In this document: piece after piece, positions 28,344 to 39,671 of the stretch
Layout: the number at the start of each line of letters is the position of its first letter
Position numbering within the stretch: position 1 is the stretch's first letter
Source: Magallana gigas
Taxonomy: Eukaryota
Direction: 5' to 3'
DNA: 64,000 nt
Assembly (NCBI RefSeq): GCF_963853765.1
Contig: NC_088853.1
Span: 20,832,001-20,896,000 of the forward strand
The notes under the pieces: generated by a model
Told to the model about the DNA's origin: nothing
The model's database searches: none
Seen by the model: the letters and a program-made list of their open reading frames with translations, nothing else
Program-made: the position numbers and the translations under genes

Positions 28344-28563
28344 TACTGTAAACACCAAATTTTATTCGCGGCGACTTTATTTCGTGGTCTTCTTTCGATA
28401 AAGTGGTTTGCGAAGACTAATGTTCGCGACAAAGCCTTATCTGGAGCTGTGTTGTTATAACAACCATTTGTCATTGGTCCGCGGCGAGAAATATTCGCGA
28501 CAGCGAGGTTTTCGGTAACCACGCGAAAATTTCTCGCAAGCGAATTAAAGTTGGTTTACAGTG
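28344..28563. mobile_element. Tc1/mariner-type MITE
   Basis: Ends TACTGTAAAC-ACCAA and TTGG-TTTACAGTG; internal repeated TTCGCG/CGCGAA motifs. Confidence 0.7.
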
Positions 28564-29283
28564 GCAGCCAGATCTACCTTAACATTTCAGAGATAATTTC
28601 TTTTGCCATAAGCTATCTTTAGTGAAGAAAACCCCCCAAATATTTCATCTTTAACATTTGAATATATTCTATATGCTCTTTATTCTATATATCTTTTAAC
28701 GGTGCTCCACTTCTAAAGAAAATTGATATAGTTTTAAAATTGCAACTACTATCGATCTCTCTTAGGACTAGCAAGCATGGCCTATCTTTGACAATCTCTA
28801 TTAGAATGTCCTTTAACAATGCTACAATAAATATTTTTTTTATATATATAAAAGCAACATATTCCAACAATATGCAATAAATTCGTAACATTTTACAGTA
28901 CATCCTTTTTCAAAAGCTAAATTTTCTGTTACATTTGACATGGCGAAGCTACAGAAGTTTTCAGTATGTAAAGCCAAATGTGGACATGATGACTGATAAT
29001 TATCATCAAATTTAGTCCCTCAAATCCCTTTGAAACTCCAAAAGAAAAGAAAAAAAAATGTAACAAAATATAAAAATCATTATAAAAACCGATTACTTCA
29101 CATGAACTAGAAAAAAACCCCAATACTGTAGAGGGAAGATAAATAAATAAAAAAAAAAAAAAAAAAAAAAAAAAAATAAATATATAAAATAATATATGTG
29201 CACATTGAGACTGAAATCTCTTTCGCATTTCAGAATTTGGATAAAAAACGATAGCTCTTGGGGAAATCTGATGTTTACACATC

Positions 29284-30501
29284 ATGTCTCAAATGAGAGA
29301 TGATAATAACACTGATAATAAAGCGCTCGAGAAGTTGACAAACGTGGTCCTGAGTCTAGAAAAGGCCTACTACGATGGTGTTGGCGCTCTGAAGCTAGAA
29401 CACATGTACGGATATTGGGGTCTGCAGTACAATTTCCGATTTGGGTACTTCTTGTCCGCTTTACCTCCCGTTGTAACGATCATTATGTTCGTCATCTTCA
29501 AACGGAGAAAACTTCTAGGGGTGACACAGAAGTTCATTTTATGCATCATGGTTATGGATTTAGTCTACACCACGATCTCGAGCATCCGTGACATCCTGTT
29601 GAGGGCTTTCCAGATGCATTATGGGTTCATGGAATTTCGGGTGTGCTCGGAAATCATCGTCTCTTTTCGTGTACAACTGTTTCTCCACGTAACCTCTATC
29701 TGGCTGAAAACCTTGATGTCGCTACACCAGGCACTATTGATAGGATTCCCGTTCAAAGTAAAACAACATAATCTATCCGCTTACTTTTACACCTTTATTT
29801 TTGTCCACGGGATCTTGTGTGTGTCATTTTTCCTTTTTTTCAGCGCTCCAGTCTTCGAACCTGTTCCTCTGATTCAGGAATTCAGACCAGGCTATGCTCT
29901 CAAAAAGATCCTTGGCTGTAGATATTCTCACTCAAGAGTTGTCGCAGATATCAATATTTCGTTAGTAGGGTTGGTAATAACATATGCTCTTTATTTCTAC
30001 AACCAAGTCCTTCCGTTTACTCTTCATTGCATTATCATCGTTGTCCTCGTTGTCCTTTTGACCAAACAAATTCGGGTTCTTTCGGTTTTTTCTGGAAACA
30101 TCGCTATCGAACGAGTCACATACATATCGTTAATGAAGGTAAACATAGCTCTTGGATTGTCTTTCGTGCTTCAGGAACTTCCGGTGATTATATTCATAAT
30201 GTATCAGTTCCTTGTCAACTCCGATCGCCTAGATAGCGACAAGACTGGTATGCAATATCAAGGCTATGTCACTGTTATTATGTCAATTTCCTTCTGCATT
30301 GGTAAACCCATAGATCTACTAATCTACAGTAGCCTGAGTAAAGCTTTTAAGGAAGAGTTGAAACACCTGTTATGGAGTTTGTGTAAACCCTGCAGGAGAA
30401 ATGTAAAGACTGCAGATAACATTCGTAGTCGGCCCGGTGTCTTCCTTCCAAGAACCACCGAGGAGGTCAAAGGAACTGCTTCAAGTAAAGTGCAGGTGTG
30501 A
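29284..30501 (+). CDS. Class A 7TM GPCR, sex-peptide/MIP/FMRFamide-receptor-like, paralog 1 (405 aa, single coding exon)
   Basis: Seven hydrophobic segments; TM2 MDL; ECL1-TM3 Cys and ECL2 GC; TM3 LHVTSIWL similar to SPR FHTASIWL; TM6 FVLQELP; TM7/H8 KPIDLLIYSSLSKAFK similar to SPR YPINFAIYCGMSRQFR; N-terminal NNT sequon; C-tail cysteines; AATAAA near 30660. Confidence 0.92.
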   Translation: MSQMRDDNNTDNKALEKLTNVVLSLEKAYYDGVGALKLEHMYGYWGLQYNFRFGYFLSALPPVVTIIMFVIFKRRKLLGVTQKFILCIMVMDLVYTTISSIRDILLRAFQMHYGFMEFRVCSEIIVSFRVQLFLHVTSIWLKTLMSLHQALLIGFPFKVKQHNLSAYFYTFIFVHGILCVSFFLFFSAPVFEPVPLIQEFRPGYALKKILGCRYSHSRVVADINISLVGLVITYALYFYNQVLPFTLHCIIIVVLVVLLTKQIRVLSVFSGNIAIERVTYISLMKVNIALGLSFVLQELPVIIFIMYQFLVNSDRLDSDKTGMQYQGYVTVIMSISFCIGKPIDLLIYSSLSKAFKEELKHLLWSLCKPCRRNVKTADNIRSRPGVFLPRTTEEVKGTASSKVQV

Positions 30502-30722
30502 TATAAGGGCACTTTAAACCCGAAACACACGCACACGCGTACGTGCTTTAATGATGAGGAACTTAAAATAATTGTTTTTGCAATCTATATGTCTAGATCT
30601 GATTTACTGTGTCTGTACTGTCTTTGTGTTACGTGTTTGGAAATCACGTGATTCTTATCAATAAAAGTTGGCTCTTATTATACCTTTGTGATCTGTTAAC
30701 CAACATATTGTAGGGCAAATGT

Positions 30723-30933
30723 TACTGTGGTTTCATCAATATTCATTGAATACCAATTTTCGTGGATTTCGTTGTTTAGTTGATCCATGAAATTAAATGT
30801 TCATTGAAGTGCAATTTTTATTAACATTTTGTATTGATAGGGTCATTGGCCACAAATTTACGTATCCTTGAAACTGTGATTTTCACTTTATCCACGAAAA
30901 TTGATGCCCTTGAAAATTAATGAAACCACAGTA
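30723..30933. mobile_element. TA-flanked Tc1/mariner-type MITE between GPCR paralogs 1 and 2
   Basis: TA-CTGTGGTTTCAT ... ATGAAACCACAG-TA; internal TTTTCGTGGA / TCCACGAAAA inverted motif. Confidence 0.85.
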
Positions 30934-31701
30934 TCTAAAGTTATTGGTTCGTGAAAACCGGTCTAATTATTGACCTTCTTCTTTACGAGTGAATTGATAC
31001 TTATGTTTTTAAAATGACAGTATATAAATGTTTCAGGATGAAACACTCTTTGTTTTTAAACAATTCAAATCCTCATAGTGACATTACTAATTGATTTTAT
31101 TATAAAGAATTTGATAGATATTGTAACCAACCAGTCACCCTGATTTTAAAGTCATTAATTTTTTCCTTGACATTCATTTTATCTTATCTCATTATCCATG
31201 TTCAACTGATGAATGATGAATTATTTTTAGGTCAGTGTGATTAACGTTGTATATACAATATGCATACATTTTCACCTGCCACCTCCTAAAGTGGGGCAAC
31301 ATCTATAAAACGAGATTTATATTCATTTATTCACCTTAAAAAATAGTATTTATGATTAATTATAATTTTATACGTATTCTAAACAGTATTCCTATGTTTG
31401 AATGACATGTCAAGATTTTCTTGTCTCTGGTCAAAAGTAAATCAAGTAACTTTCTAAAATTGCCATCAAATATACATAATTGTCGCAAATTAAAAAAAGA
31501 ACCAAACCTAATGGTTTACTTGCAATTGCAAGTTTACGGAACTTACACCCCACCAAAAAACTGTAAACTTGTTATGGTTGAATAAGGTTGAATAAAACAC
31601 AAACATGCGTTATCAATAACAATGTATGTTTATTTGACTAATCTTTCTCTTGTTTTTGCAGAATTTAAAAAAAATCAACAAACTCAAACTTCTGTTTAAC
31701 G

Positions 31702-32856
31702 ATGTCTGAATCGCAAAGCATAAACAACACCGATGAAAAGGCGATTTCGGCTTTAAACAACGTTTATACGAGCTTGCAAAAAGCCCTGCACGATTCCGCA
31801 CGCGTTCTCAAGCTAGTAGATCTCTACGGAAGCTGGGGTTTGACCTACTCTTTTCAAGTTGGATTCCCTTTGTACATCTTGCCCTTCATAGCTACGATTC
31901 TCATGTTCGTCATCTTCAAACGACGGAAGCTCCTGGGAGTGACACAGAAATTCATTCTGTCCATCATGGTAATGGATCTATGCTACACGTCCACTTCTAG
32001 CATCCGAGACACCTTACTGAGACTGTTCCAGATGCATTATGGGTTCATGGAATACCGCGTCTGTGCGGAAATCATCGTTTCTTTTCGCGTACAAATGTTG
32101 TTTCATGCCACCTCTGTGTGGCTTAAAACCATGATGTCTCTTCATCAAGTGCTTATTGTAGGCTTTCCATTAAGAGTTAAACAGCACAACCTGTCTGCTT
32201 ACTTTTACTCTTTTATTCTCGTTCACATCGCCCTATGTTTGGCATATCTTGTGTTCCTTGCAACTCCAGTTTTTGAACCAGTGCCATTGATCCAGGAGTT
32301 TAGATCGGGATATCCTCTTCACAAAATCATCGGTTGCCAGTTTTCTCATTCGAGGTTTTTCCCAGATATCAACGATTCTCTGATTGGAACGGCGATAACT
32401 TTAATCATTTTTCTGTACAACCAAATCATTCCGTTTATTTTTCATTTTATTACCATTATGATGTTAGTATTCCTCTTGACAAAGCACATTCGAACACTCT
32501 CGTTACTGACTAATAACATCGCCGTGGAACGCGTCAAATACGTAGTGTTGATGAAGGTCAACATCGCTATGGGGGTCTCCTTTGTTCTGCAGGAACTCCC
32601 TGTCATTTTGTTTTTCGCGTACCAGATTTTATATAGCGGGAAAAATGTGGACAACTTGGCAATTTATGAACAATATCAAGGCTTTGCTACCTCAGTCATG
32701 TCAATTTCGTTTTGCATTGGAAAACCAATAGACCTTCTGATTTATTGCAGTCTCAGCAGATCATTCAAAGAAGAGTTAAAATATATCATAAGCCTTTGTT
32801 GTAGGCCGGGCAGGAAAAAGGTGAATAGTGAAAAAGGCAATGGTGCACTCAACTGA
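31702..32856 (+). CDS. Class A 7TM GPCR, SPR/MIP-receptor-like, paralog 2 (384 aa, single coding exon)
   Basis: Intact ORF colinear with paralog 1 along its length, with shared blocks FQMHYGFME, PVFEPVPLIQEFR and MSISFCIGKPIDLLIY. Confidence 0.92.
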   Translation: MSESQSINNTDEKAISALNNVYTSLQKALHDSARVLKLVDLYGSWGLTYSFQVGFPLYILPFIATILMFVIFKRRKLLGVTQKFILSIMVMDLCYTSTSSIRDTLLRLFQMHYGFMEYRVCAEIIVSFRVQMLFHATSVWLKTMMSLHQVLIVGFPLRVKQHNLSAYFYSFILVHIALCLAYLVFLATPVFEPVPLIQEFRSGYPLHKIIGCQFSHSRFFPDINDSLIGTAITLIIFLYNQIIPFIFHFITIMMLVFLLTKHIRTLSLLTNNIAVERVKYVVLMKVNIAMGVSFVLQELPVILFFAYQILYSGKNVDNLAIYEQYQGFATSVMSISFCIGKPIDLLIYCSLSRSFKEELKYIISLCCRPGRKKVNSEKGNGALN

Positions 32857-33602
32857 AAATATCAATTCCAAAACTCATGAAAAGCTTAAAAAAGATTAGA
32901 ATCGTTTTGTTTTTAAGATATAGAAATTTGAAAATATCTTATTTTTTGCTATCAAAGGGATTGTACATATGATTTTGATGCATACGAATCTTTAAGTTTA
33001 GGACTTAACTATGTTTAAGGAGTTTTAGTGCGTTAAAAAGTTAAACCATGTTTCGCTTTTAAAAAATAAAGGTATGATAAAGCCTGCAAATTGAAGATTT
33101 GTGAAATTGTGTTAACTAAATTAAATATTTAATAAAGCACTTAGATTTACTGAGAAAAGTATATTACCGCAATTCTCTTAGCTACTGCACTTATTGACTC
33201 TGCAAACAGAAAAAAATAAAAGGTCGTTAAATCTGTTTTACTTTAAGTCCATGCTCAATACATTAAATGTCTTTTTAATCATCAATAAATTAAGATGTAT
33301 AATTATTTGTCCACAAACGTAACATTTGGTATAATAAGCCATACAGATAGGCAAAATGCCTTTCCGAAAATTAAAGGAATTCATTGTTTTTTCTTATCTG
33401 ACAGACATTTTTTTAATGCTAAAAAATGCCAGTAATTTCAAATTAATATACGTTTCATGAGATTTAAGGAATCTATTTTTAATATTGTGATGAAGGCAAT
33501 TTGCTTATCTCTTACTTGTCTTTCTACGAAAAGGAAAGATCAAAATTTACGTCTATTTTTATCATCACTAATTAAATTATTATTCTGTCTGTATACATTT
33601 CC

Positions 33603-33639
<37 letters not shown>

Positions 33640-33850
33640 ATTCTGATCACATTTTGTCCGTCGTCCGTCTGTCTGTCCGTCTGTAAACTTTTTACATTTT
33701 GAACTTCTTCTCTAAAACCGCTTATCCAATGTCAACCAAATTTGGCACAAAGCATCCTTATGGGAGGACGAATATAAATTGCAGAAATGAAAGTCCGATC
33801 TGTTTTTAAAGCGGAGAAAACCTTGAAACTGTAGAAAAAGAGGGGTGCAT

Positions 33851-33882
<32 letters not shown>

Positions 33883-34010
33883 TCCAATTCAACGTAGTTT
33901 AGCATAAATTATCCTTATGGGAAGGAAAATATAAATTGCAAAAATTGAGGACTAATTCTGTTTCAAATCTGAGTTATTACGAAAATAATAATAAAGGAAA
34001 GGCGTGTTTC
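33603..34010. mobile_element. HINE/Helentron left end and start of internal repeats (opposite orientation to the 46.9-kb copy)
   Basis: tttttagctcacctgagctgaaagctcaagtgagct is almost exactly the reverse complement of 48730-48764. It is followed by a (GTCC/GTCT)n tract and two ~156-bp units (ccttatggga at about 33757 and 33913). Confidence 0.82.
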
Positions 34011-36521
34011 AATCATCAGTTTAATAGCTTCGGGTTCGGCATCCGGTAAAATGGGTAGGCAAGACTTGGCCTGGGCAAAAAAAAAAAGATTGGCAGTTGT
34101 TAATCTGCCAATCTCATTAAAATTTCAGGATATTTGATGGACCAGTGTATTCGTGTTCGCTGTAAATATTGCTGCAAAATAATGCGTATTTGAAATTGAC
34201 GATTGCCGATTTGCCCCGGCTTTTATTTTGCCACGGCCCGGGTTTGCATACCCATTTTACCAAGACTCGTATACTTCTAAAACGAGGTTCTTTGTTTAAA
34301 GCAGCCATGACATTGTACGAAAAAGGGTCGATCTGACTATGATGAATTTGCTTGTTGTGCAACAGTTTGCGTATGAAGGGGAATTTTTGAAACATGCAAA
34401 ATATATTGGTGCCGATTTTGTGAAGTAAATTGAGGCTAAATATTTCAATGCGTTGACAGTTTTCACACATGACGTTGGTGTTAGCTTGTTCTGATTTTCG
34501 TTTCGTTTTCATTATTTATCAATATGCTTTGTAACCTGGGAACTATCGTCTGTATTTCGTGATGTTTACGTATCAAATCAAACAGAGACTTCGGTAAATC
34601 AAACAGTTAACTGTTTACCTGCGCAAATTATGCAAAATCTGATGTATCAAAAAAGTACTGAAATACAATTCATTCTATCGGTAATTCGGCATTATCTTTT
34701 GCGTAATGGTAGATGAATGCAATAGGTTTTGTTGAGATGCTCGGCATTTTCTCGAGTTTATTCAGTTTAAATAAAGTTTGATATCGCTGACGGAAATATG
34801 TAGGTATATATATGTATATATATATATGATTCATTTCGAAAAAATAAATTGTGTTCTTTATTTGTTATAGTGCATGTTTCTTGCGTTTAATTGTTTACAA
34901 TTTCTATTTACTAACCATATTTGAGTATTAAGCTTCGAATTATAAGGAAGATACAGAGATTTGCTCACAATTCTATGTTTGTACACAGATCTTAAAAACT
35001 AAAGATTAAAAAAGTAAAAAATTTGTCAATTTTTATTAAGAAAATTTTCAAAGTCTGTTCTTCCAGAAACCAACTTTAACAACTTATTGTATTGTAAACT
35101 TAACCTTTTTTCTTCATTATTACGGGCCGCCAGAAGGCGGTCCGTTATTTGATATACATTTAGATATTGTAACTGCGTTTCTGCGGGATAGTTTTTTTTA
35201 TAGAATTAATATTATGCATATTTTTTAATGAATTAAAAGTAAATTTGCATGTAGACATATGTTATTCCTTTAAAAAATATTACACATTTTTTGTTTAACT
35301 TGTAAATGTATAGTAGGTCATAGACTTTCGTGTTAGGTGCGTTTTTATCGAAACTACAAACTATTCGGAGTTTTTCATTCTTTTCAAAACAATGTATCGG
35401 GATCGGTATACGGGACATACTAAAAGACCTCAAATACTAAAGACCTGAATGACATGAAATTTTATATTAATTATATATTTGAATCATGAAATGACATCCA
35501 TATCAATTATTTACGCAAAAAGATGAAAGACCCAAATATTTGAGATGACCTGATTTTTTAAAAATACTTTTGAGAACCCCATGCAATTAAATAAGCATGA
35601 TTATCTTCATAAACTGAAGTGTAGATATTCTACAATTCAATACAATGCAACAAAAAAAAATCAAAATAGTTTGAAATACATAATCTCCAAGAGAATAATG
35701 ATGACCACAGAGCTGAACTTTGATTTAGAATAATGTACAAATCAATGTGTTCTCCTTTACTTCATACTATGGCAATGATCAAACAATTACCGTTTGAAAT
35801 GCTTACAGTAAAGAACTCGATTCTTAATAATAATAATAGTAAAATGTGAAACTTCAAAACGTGTTGCTGAAAATATATTAAAATTTACCTTAAAAATTAG
35901 TAGAACCAACTCATTATTTTCTTCTTTGTGGTGTGTTTTTCTGTAAACAACCAATGATGATTCATACACATTTATGTTTTTTGTGGCCCATTTGACGCTT
36001 GCTCCTACTGTACATGTGATACTTGACTGTGTTTGTGTACATTTGTATAAACTGATTTTGAACCTCAAATACCAGTGAACTGGTCTTGAGTGAATAAAAG
36101 AATTGAAAATCTTAGGCCATTCTTTTTTTTTCCAGTTAAAGGGCATTGGCAACGTTCCTGGTTTCTTGACAATATTTTTCATAAATTCTTAAATGAATTT
36201 ATATGTGTCTATATAGACAACAACAGACACTAGAGACCCCTCTTTCAATCCTTGTTAAAAAATATTTCCAAAAATATTAATTTCGCATTCAACATTGATT
36301 TCAATGTAATTAAAGGAACAAATCGCAATAATTAATATTTGAAAGGAGCAATTTTCTGATGAGTGAGATATGTGATTATAAACTAAATGATACATATTAT
36401 TGAAAATCGATTTTATATGATATCCTACTGATAATGAAATATAGGGCGAATATTTTCAGAAAAGTGTGAACCTCAATTTGCTCTTTCCTATTCAAGAGTT
36501 ACCGTCCTTGATTTTGTCACC

Positions 36522-36654
36522 GTACTGTCATGTTGTAAATTTTGAATTTACCGGGTGGCAGTAAATACAAAATTTACAACATGACAAAGTTGTCATGTTG
36601 TAAATTTTGTATTTACTGCCACCCGGTAAATCAAAATTTACAACATGACAGTAC
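36522..36654. repeat. Foldback element with nested palindromes, copy 2
   Basis: Near-perfect 133-bp palindrome bounded by GTAC; each arm is itself an imperfect palindrome. Confidence 0.85.
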
Positions 36655-38398
36655 ACACACACAGTAAATAATAAGATCATTAACACTTATCTATACCGGT
36701 ACTTATCTTTGAGGTATCAAGAAAGAAGACGGTTCTAATATTTTTGAATTCCTAGTTAGACTTTAGGCGTGCTCTAAGAGAGCAAAAGTAACTCATTATT
36801 TATTGTCAGAAATGTCTCTTTTACAAATTAATAATTAAAATGTGAGTCATTGATAATTCTGACTTAGCAATGAGGTCAGTTTAATTTAGAAATGATCTCA
36901 TTGTCCACAAAATAAAGCAGCTATGAATAGTTTATGTGTATATAATTTCATGCATATACATGTATATGTGTGTATTGTACTATAATATCAAAACAATAGG
37001 TATGAAAATAAATGAATTTAGACTCTCGGTCTACTGTCTTTTGTTAAAGAGTATCGGAGTTAATCAATGTTTGGTTCACTTCTTTTTTTCTATTTTGCTC
37101 GTCAATATCTTCTGACCCCCCCCCCCCCCCCCCCAACCTTCCTCGGTCGTCTGTCAATAGTAGACAAGATAGATAGATAAGAAAACGAAAGGTCATTTAA
37201 AATCTCTCTCACAATTTTTGTCATATAGAAATTTGCTCCTCTCTTTTCTGAGGCCCATGTAACCTGCTTGTTGACGCAGAGCGATATATGAATATCGCTT
37301 CATCTATATACATGACATATTTTGTTTACCTCAGAAACACTGCTTTTTTACCATAATATTCAAAAAGATCTCATATAACGGGAGATAATTACTCCCAGTT
37401 GGAAAACAATTCAAGAGGGGTAATTCTAATTCATTGTATAAAATAGAAAATGCAGATGCGGATTTTTTTTTAAATCCGGAGCACTTCGTTGCCAATGCCC
37501 TTAAATGCTGAATAGGAAATACCAAGTTAAAAATCTTAAGCTGAATGTAATAAACTCATGTGAACAAAATATGACTCAAACCTAGGCGAACTGTGAGCTC
37601 TGTATCTTGCTTATAATTCTACGATTGACGCTGGAATTTTGGTTGAACATTAGAAATTCTCTATGAATTAGAGTATGTTAAATACTTGTACAAACAAAAT
37701 AAAAGAATGATATTCTGTACATACCTTCACTCTGGGGCCCCCTCTTTATACAATAAATAATGTGGAATCTAAATCAATTTTGATAGTTTTTCAGAAACGA
37801 GTAAATAAAAACGACATCTTTAAAACAGTTTCCATAGTTCTGACACATTTCTGTTGCGGGGATAAAGTAATTATCGCTATTCCTAAGAAAATATCACAGC
37901 GGAAAATTATCCTGGTTTGTGTGCGAGGTAAATAACAGACATTTAATTATTATAGAGAAGAAAAATTAAATTGTTAAATGTTTTTAATTTGAGGAACTGA
38001 GCTTTTTGAGGTACATTTTTCTTCTTCACATCAATACATGTAGGATTTTTAAAATAAAAACAATAACTATTATATATTTTTTTTAAATACAATAATTAGT
38101 AAGTTATAAGTGTAAAATTCGAATACTTTACAATTTTTATTTTTAAGGCGTCGAGCTAATGCTCGGCAGTCTTCTAGCGATCGTCTGGATTGGCAATAGT
38201 CCAAAAAATCATAAGTTCTTTAAATTGTTAAACGTATTGCAAGATTTTTATTCCATTTATTCAACTATATTGTGTACAAAAAACCCGATTTTGCCTCCCT
38301 GGTTATTGACAACTCATTGCATAAGTATAAATTTGCTTGATCAAGAAATGGCGGATGAATACAATAAGGTGAAAAAATTCAATAAATGTTTTTTTAAG

Positions 38399-38500
38399 TT
38401 TATCGCTTACATTTTAAGGGGAGATCGTGCCCGATAGAAATAAAATTTGTAATTTTATTTGTTATCGGGCACGGTCTCCAATATAAATGTAAGCGATAAA
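38399..38500. repeat. ~100-bp hairpin/foldback element
   Basis: tttatcgcttacattt...ggagatcgtgcccgata-gaaataaaatt-tgt-aattttattt-gt-tatcgggcacggtctcc...aaatgtaagcgataaa. Confidence 0.8.
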
Positions 38501-39063
38501 CATATCTAGTGATTTTGTTGCAATAAATAAACTGGGTAATGCAGTCGGTTTGGTCAAGCATTTAAGATAGCTCGTGTTGTGGATTTGTTTGTAAACAACC
38601 ATAGGTAATCTTGTTTCAAACGGGAATTTAAATATAAATAGAAGTATGTTTTATTATTATAATTAGGGGCACACTGTTGATGTATTCAAATTATGAACCT
38701 GTGAAAATTGTTCAAAGACTGTTTAAAGCAGAAAGAAAATAATTTATTTTTGAACTTTGAAATTTCTTTTTTGATTCTTGTAACCATGATGAGTTATTGT
38801 ATTATAAACGCATCACTACCTATTTTATAAGGAAATATACCGATTTTTTGTTTTTAAAGCAACACAAAATTGGCCATAATTCAGTTACTTTTTTTTATTC
38901 AAATATAATTTTATATACAACAATTAGTAAAAATTCTAATTATTGCAATTGATATCTTAATTTCTATATAAAAGAACATGTCAGCTTGACGCCTTTGTGG
39001 CCGTTCCGGCCTTTGATTTTTTTATTCTACCGAGGGACCATATGGCACAATATCTTTTGAACG

Positions 39064-39109
39064 CCCATTGTTGCTCAAGTGAGCGATGTGGCCCCATGGG
39101 CCTCTTGTT
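39064..39109. mobile_element. HINE/Helentron terminal segment, same orientation as the 33603 end
   Basis: cccattgttgctcaagtgagcgatgtggccccatgggcctcttgtt closely matches the reverse complement of the 46902 terminus. Confidence 0.75.
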
Positions 39110-39612
39110 AATTAAGTTATACACGAGATAAAAGACTAGTTGCTTAAGAGAGAATCTTTATCTTTCAATTCAAGTTTAATTTGTGAAAAAAATCATACTA
39201 AATTCTTTATCAAATAATAGTACCACAATTTTAGGATACCATGCTCGTCATTTGACCAAGCATTCATATAATATGCTTTCCAAAAACTTAAAAAAAAAGA
39301 TCATGTCAATGAGTCAACATTTTGGACTCGTATTTTACTGGTTCTAAAAATCGGAAGAAATATTTACAATAGAAATATATCACGCACATTTTCCTAGGGG
39401 TAGCTATTTCAGTTTTATTTTCACCCTATGTCCCAGATATCTACTGACACACCAATTATAATGCATTTTTGTTGATTTCTGTGTGGCTTTGAAAATGTGA
39501 TTTAATCTACAAAGGAAACACATAGACGATATAATTTACTTTTCAACTATTTTCCTAATCCTTTTCATAGTAGATAAAAACCACATTCGAGACAATTCTT
39601 GAATTGGAAAAC

Positions 39613-39615
<3 letters not shown>

Positions 39616-39667
<52 letters not shown>
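39616..39667. repeat. (CT)n microsatellite
   Basis: Direct reading. Confidence 0.97.

Positions 39668-39671
<4 letters not shown>

Noticed and set aside
30304-30306. Conserved TM7 lysine in the GPCRs as an opsin retinal-binding Lys
   Set aside because: Counting back from Y7.53 puts it at 7.46, not 7.43 (which is Cys here); the other motifs are peptide-receptor-like, not opsin-like.
30027-30536. Short alternative-frame or antisense ORFs overlapping the GPCRs (also 32442 and 43741)
   Set aside because: Shadows of the real coding frames. The similarity between 32442 and 43741 just reflects the near-identical sense-strand tract.
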